Part shown: in pieces, positions 60,127-64,000 of the stretch
Position numbering within the stretch: position 1 is the first letter of the stretch
Layout of the letters: each line of letters begins with the position of its first letter
Origin: an uncultured Desulfobacter sp.
Lineage (GTDB): Bacteria > Desulfobacterota > Desulfobacteria > Desulfobacterales > Desulfobacteraceae
Direction of reading: 5' to 3'
Assembly (NCBI GenBank): GCA_963665095.1
Contig: OY762069.1
Location: 288,001 to 352,000, forward strand
Length of the DNA stretch: 64,000 nucleotides
Made by a program: the position numbers and the translations under genes
Notes under the pieces: generated by a model
What the model was told of the DNA's origin: nothing
Seen by the model: only the letters and a program-made list of their open reading frames with translations
Databases searched by the model: none

Positions 60127-61416
60127 TCAGGCGACTTTGTTAAGGGTCTCTTTTGCGATGTCAAAAACTTTCGGATTAAAGCGCGATGCCAGGGCCGATA
60201 GCAGCAGGTCCTTGGTCAGGAACAACTCCTTTTGAGCCAGGATGCCTAAGGAGGCAAGTGCCCAGTCCGGCTTGCTGATTTTCAATGCCTTGAAATCAAT
60301 TTCTTCCACATGGGCCGGCGTGTCCGGAATGTCTACGCTTTTTTCTTTGAGAACAAAGGCATCGGGCCGCAATGTGGCAAATATTTTTTTCCTGCGGGCC
60401 ACGCCCTCATCACTCAATGCCAGGACCACGCCCGGGGATTCAAGGCCTGTGTACCCGATGGGCTCTGGGCTGAGAAGGATTTCAGATACAGACTGGCCCC
60501 TGAGCACTGTGATATTGTAGTCATTTTTAATGGTAGCATTAAAGCCTGCCCCAATACCGGCATAGCAGACAATATCCCCGGCTGTGACAATGCGCATGCC
60601 TGCAGAGCCTAAAATAACAATTTCCCAGCGCCGGCTCTCTTTGGGCTCATACTGCTTTTCAATGATCAATGGTTCTGGGAATTTTGTTTTTTGGGCTGCC
60701 AGGGCGCGATAGCGATCACCGTATTCAGGCCGCGCATTTTCCGGGACCACGCCGCCTTCAGGAGGTGCTGCCGCAATCATCTCGTCAATGGCTTTGGGCG
60801 TCAACTTGTTGCGTTTGGTGTACCGGCCTGTGCAAAGCCCTAAGGTTTCCACAACGGAAAAGCCTTTGTGCAGAATGGCCCGTTCAATTTCAGCGGACAG
60901 ATCCGGGTCCATGCCCGAGTACCGGGAGACATAGGTGGCGCCGGCTGCCTTGGCGATTTTGCAGATATCAATGGGCTTTTCCGCCTGGTTCAGGAATTCG
61001 GATCCCACCACAGCATCCTCAGGGGTGGTGGCAGAATACTGGCCGCCGGTCATGCCGAAATTGAAGTTGTTCAGAATCAGAAGGGTGATGTCCAGATTTT
61101 TCCGACAGGCAGACAGCACATGGGCACCGCCGATACCAAGACCACCGTCTCCCATGGTGACGATCACGGTTAAAGAGGGATCGGCCAGTTTCAGTCCGGA
61201 CGCATAGGTCAATGCTCTGCCGTGAACCCCGTGCAGGGCATGGACATTGAAAAAGGTATCAAACAGGCCGGAGCAGCCAATGTCCGTTACAATCACCGTT
61301 TTGGCAGGGTCAAGGCCCATGTTGACAAAGGTTTTGTCAAGGCTTTTGGTGATCCGCTCGTGGGTACAGCCCGGGCAGAACACCGGGGGACGGTTTTCAT
61401 TTAAAAAACTACTCAT
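60127..61416 (-). CDS. 2-oxoacid:ferredoxin oxidoreductase, fused beta (TPP-binding) + gamma subunit
   Basis: FCPGC, DIGCS, HGRA and GDG..NN TPP motifs; C-terminal ILGSAGMRIVTAG..RGQSVSEI gamma-like domain. Confidence 0.85.
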   Translation of the reverse strand: MSSFLNENRPPVFCPGCTHERITKSLDKTFVNMGLDPAKTVIVTDIGCSGLFDTFFNVHALHGVHGRALTYASGLKLADPSLTVIVTMGDGGLGIGGAHVLSACRKNLDITLLILNNFNFGMTGGQYSATTPEDAVVGSEFLNQAEKPIDICKIAKAAGATYVSRYSGMDPDLSAEIERAILHKGFSVVETLGLCTGRYTKRNKLTPKAIDEMIAAAPPEGGVVPENARPEYGDRYRALAAQKTKFPEPLIIEKQYEPKESRRWEIVILGSAGMRIVTAGDIVCYAGIGAGFNATIKNDYNITVLRGQSVSEILLSPEPIGYTGLESPGVVLALSDEGVARRKKIFATLRPDAFVLKEKSVDIPDTPAHVEEIDFKALKISKPDWALASLGILAQKELFLTKDLLLSALASRFNPKVFDIAKETLNKVA

Positions 61417-62524
61417 TTTCAATGGCCTCCATAATCTTTGCCGGCGGAATCAATACCCCGTTCATTTGTCCGTAAAAATCAACTTTTTTGCCTGACAGGA
61501 TGCGGCGGATATCATTGACATACTGTCCAAGATTCATCTCCACCACCAGGATGCGGGAGAAGCGCCGGGCGGCATCTGTCAGCACTTTTTCCGGTACAGG
61601 ATAAAGGGTTTTCAAGGAGAGCGTGGATACTGGTCTGCCTTTTTCAGCCATGGCCTTTGCGGCATCATCCACAGCCCGGCTGGTAATACCGTAGGAAATC
61701 ACCAGGGTATCGGCATCAGGGATCAGATTCTCTTCATACAGGGCAATTTCGTTTCTGTATAATTGTATTTTATTTCTCAGGCGGTTCTGAACTGCAGCAA
61801 TGGCATCCGGGTCAATGGTGATATATCCGTCTTCACCATGGGTGGATGACGTCTGACGGACTAGCTGCGGGCTTCCGATGGGAAGAAAGGGCGGGGCTTT
61901 ATCCGGGTCCGCTGCAAAGGGAATATAGTTTTTCCCTTCAAACCGTGTCCGTTCAATTTTTTCCGGCAGGACCAGGGCGTCCATGTCAAAACTCTCTTTG
62001 GTCATGCCGATTTCCTTGTTGGATGCCACAAATACGGGACAGCGGAATCGTTCAGCATAGTTGAAAGCGGTATATGTCAGGGTGTAACAGTCCCGTACAT
62101 CTTTGGGTGCCAGCACAATCACCGGTACCCCGGAAGTGGAGCCCCAGCGCATAAACTGAATGTCTGAGTCCGCGCCACGGGTGGCAGACCCTGTGGATGG
62201 CCCTAACCGCTGGACATCGGCAATCACCAGGGGAATCTCACTGCCGATGGCAAAGGATATATGTTCCGAATACAGACTGATACCGGGACCGGAGGTGGCG
62301 GTCAGTGCCTTTTTCCCGGCCATGGACGCACCGATGCAATACCCCATGGAGGCAATTTCATCTTCCCCCTGAATGCAGATGCCGCCAGTGGGTGGCAGCA
62401 TTTTGAGCATACTGTTAAAGATCGTGGTGGCCGGGGTGATGGGATACCCTGCAAAAAAATTGCAGCCCGCAGCGATGGCCCCCCTGGCAACGGCTTCATT
62501 GCCTTCCATGAATGCTAACGCCAT
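61409..62524 (-). CDS. 2-oxoacid:ferredoxin oxidoreductase alpha subunit
   Basis: EGNEAVARGA, AGYPITPAT, EDEIAS, TATSGPG, QRLGPSTG and VEMNLGQ motifs. Confidence 0.92.
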   Translation of the reverse strand: MALAFMEGNEAVARGAIAAGCNFFAGYPITPATTIFNSMLKMLPPTGGICIQGEDEIASMGYCIGASMAGKKALTATSGPGISLYSEHISFAIGSEIPLVIADVQRLGPSTGSATRGADSDIQFMRWGSTSGVPVIVLAPKDVRDCYTLTYTAFNYAERFRCPVFVASNKEIGMTKESFDMDALVLPEKIERTRFEGKNYIPFAADPDKAPPFLPIGSPQLVRQTSSTHGEDGYITIDPDAIAAVQNRLRNKIQLYRNEIALYEENLIPDADTLVISYGITSRAVDDAAKAMAEKGRPVSTLSLKTLYPVPEKVLTDAARRFSRILVVEMNLGQYVNDIRRILSGKKVDFYGQMNGVLIPPAKIMEAIENE

Positions 62525-62548
62525 TTTTTACTCCTTGAATCTTCGATG

Positions 62549-62581
62549 TTAATGCATTAATTATTTAATCAAATATTTGAT
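62549..62581. promoter_or_regulatory. Palindromic operator(s) in the divergent oxidoreductase/GntR intergenic region
   Basis: TTAATGCATTAA (62549-62560) and ATCAAATATTTGAT (62568-62581) perfect palindromes. Confidence 0.5.
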
Positions 62582-62726
62582 CAGATAATAAGGGTGTTTA
62601 CCTGTAAACCCAGTATTTGTCAAGGAATAAGCAAATAAATTTGTATGGTTTTTCAATGCAAATTTGGATAAAACAAGGGTGAAATTCGTTGCTTTTCACC
62701 CGCTGTTAGTATATTGAAGGAGGGCT

Positions 62727-63416
62727 ATGGGAACAAAATCAAAAAGATCAAAAGAGGACTTCACCCGGGAGGCTTACAACGGCATCCGGCAGATGTTTTT
62801 TTTAAACGAGATCATCCCGGGTCAGAAAATTTCTTACGGGGATCTGGCCAAGCGGCTGAACATGAGTACGACGCCTGTTATTCAGGCACTGAAGCGCCTT
62901 GAATTCCAGGGCCTTGTCCGCCATGAGCCCAATCGGGGATATTATACGGAAAACATCAGCCTGGAAGAGGTCACGGAAATTTATGATTTCAGAGAGCTGA
63001 TTGAGTTGTCCCTCCTGCCGGGTACCATTGCCGGCATGACAAAAACCAAGCTTAGAAAATTGAAAAAAGCCCTGGACAACCACCTGGATGCAGTCCGGGA
63101 TGTGTTTTTAAAAGACCGGCTGGTGGCGGACATGGTGTTTCACATGACCCTTGCCGAACTTTCCGGCAACCGTATCAGGATCTCAACCCTTAAGGATCTG
63201 TTTGATCTGCTCTACCTGAAATACCGCGGGAATATTCTTTTTGTCACGCCCATGGAGATGGTGGATGCTGAGCATATCGAGCTCTATGACCACATTGCTG
63301 CGGGCAACCTTGAAGGCGCCCAAAAAGTTTTAAGCTCTCACATTGCCAATGTCCGAAAGCACGCCGTTCTCAGCATTGAGCGCATGAACCGCGAAAAAAG
63401 TCTTAAAAAAATCTGA
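62727..63416 (+). CDS. GntR family regulator (FCD domain)
   Basis: LAKRLNMSTTPVIQALKRLEFQGLV HTH; FH..SGN and EH..H FCD motifs. Confidence 0.9.
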   Translation: MGTKSKRSKEDFTREAYNGIRQMFFLNEIIPGQKISYGDLAKRLNMSTTPVIQALKRLEFQGLVRHEPNRGYYTENISLEEVTEIYDFRELIELSLLPGTIAGMTKTKLRKLKKALDNHLDAVRDVFLKDRLVADMVFHMTLAELSGNRIRISTLKDLFDLLYLKYRGNILFVTPMEMVDAEHIELYDHIAAGNLEGAQKVLSSHIANVRKHAVLSIERMNREKSLKKI

Positions 63417-63495
63417 TAAACCGTTTTCCGGTCCTATAGGCCTTTAAAATATAGACCGTTAACATCAATATCAAAACAGACTGACCAAAAAGTGT

Positions 63496-63554
63496 GTTTG
63501 GACGCAAACTTGCCCCGTATGCAAGCCGCATATGGGGCAAGTTTGCGTCCAAAC
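63496..63554. repeat. 27-bp-stem palindrome between convergent genes (REP-like or terminator)
   Basis: GTTTGGACGCAAACTTGCCCCGTATGC aagcc GCATATGGGGCAAGTTTGCGTCCAAAC. Confidence 0.7.
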
Positions 63555-63570
63555 GTTTTTCAGCCAAACG

Positions 63571-64000
63571 TTATTCCGATAGTTCGAGCCAGTCAAACCA
63601 GATGGTATAGTTCTCCTTATACCAGGCCAGAATTTCTTTTAGCATCTCCTGCTTTTCCAAAGAGATGGTGCCGTCGGCCATCTGGTCAAACCGCACCACT
63701 ACTTTATCCCCGAAATGTTCAAGTGCTTCGGTGCAAAGCGTCTGGAGTTCATTACGGATTCTTCCTGAGTCTGAAATTTTAACGGCCCGGTTTCTAAAGT
63801 CTTCACCTTTGAAAAAACGGTTAAGCAACGGAGAGAAGATCAGTTTGCTCTGCTTTAACGGTTCCACCAGGCGCAGGGCAAAGGTAATTGCCTTGTCCCC
63901 GAATTCCGATGTGACCCGCACAGTAACTTCCCAGGTGTCCTCGCTGATCTGCCGGACGCCTTCTGCACCGCTGTAAGGATCGGGCAGCATGTATCCGGAT
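63571..64000 (-). CDS. Hypothetical protein, C-terminal part (probably begins beyond the window end)
   Basis: Frame is open to the window edge; no family recognised. Confidence 0.6.
   Translation of the reverse strand, partial: SGYMLPDPYSGAEGVRQISEDTWEVTVRVTSEFGDKAITFALRLVEPLKQSKLIFSPLLNRFFKGEDFRNRAVKISDSGRIRNELQTLCTEALEHFGDKVVVRFDQMADGTISLEKQEMLKEILAWYKENYTIWFDWLELSE

Noticed and set aside
1..64000. CRISPR arrays, tRNA/rRNA genes, riboswitches, retron or DGR signatures
   Set aside because: None recognised by eye; the only RT sits inside a canonical group II intron. A covariance-model scan could still find RNAs I missed

Overview
64-kb window that looks like a Desulfobacter-like (Desulfobacteraceae) chromosome; this is inferred from gene content only. 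The flanks (1-26.8 kb and 51.4-64 kb) are ordinary metabolic and regulatory DNA: hydantoinase/HDAC/epmA, sigma54-preceded acs plus an MFS transporter, a hybrid kinase with an HD-GYP regulator, two glutamate dehydrogenases, an SLC12-type transporter, an uncharacterised glycyl radical enzyme operon, an AcsE-like methyltransferase and a 2-oxoacid:ferredoxin oxidoreductase. The middle (26.9-51.3 kb) is an accessory island bracketed by two inverted copies of a ~400-bp non-coding sequence. It holds an attC-ended GNAT gene, a frameshifted tyrosine recombinase, a four-ORF IS21 with a 443-bp tandem end duplication, two divergent 'Zn-finger ORF + DDE transposase + ExeA-like AAA ATPase' transposons, a toxin-antitoxin cassette and a group II intron. 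The top candidate for an undescribed system is a ~175-nt segment shared by the two ATPase-coupled transposons downstream of the ATPase gene. It shows G-U wobble and compensatory changes that fit only the transposase strand, which points to a conserved transposon-encoded structured RNA. All product calls come from motif recognition; no searches were run.
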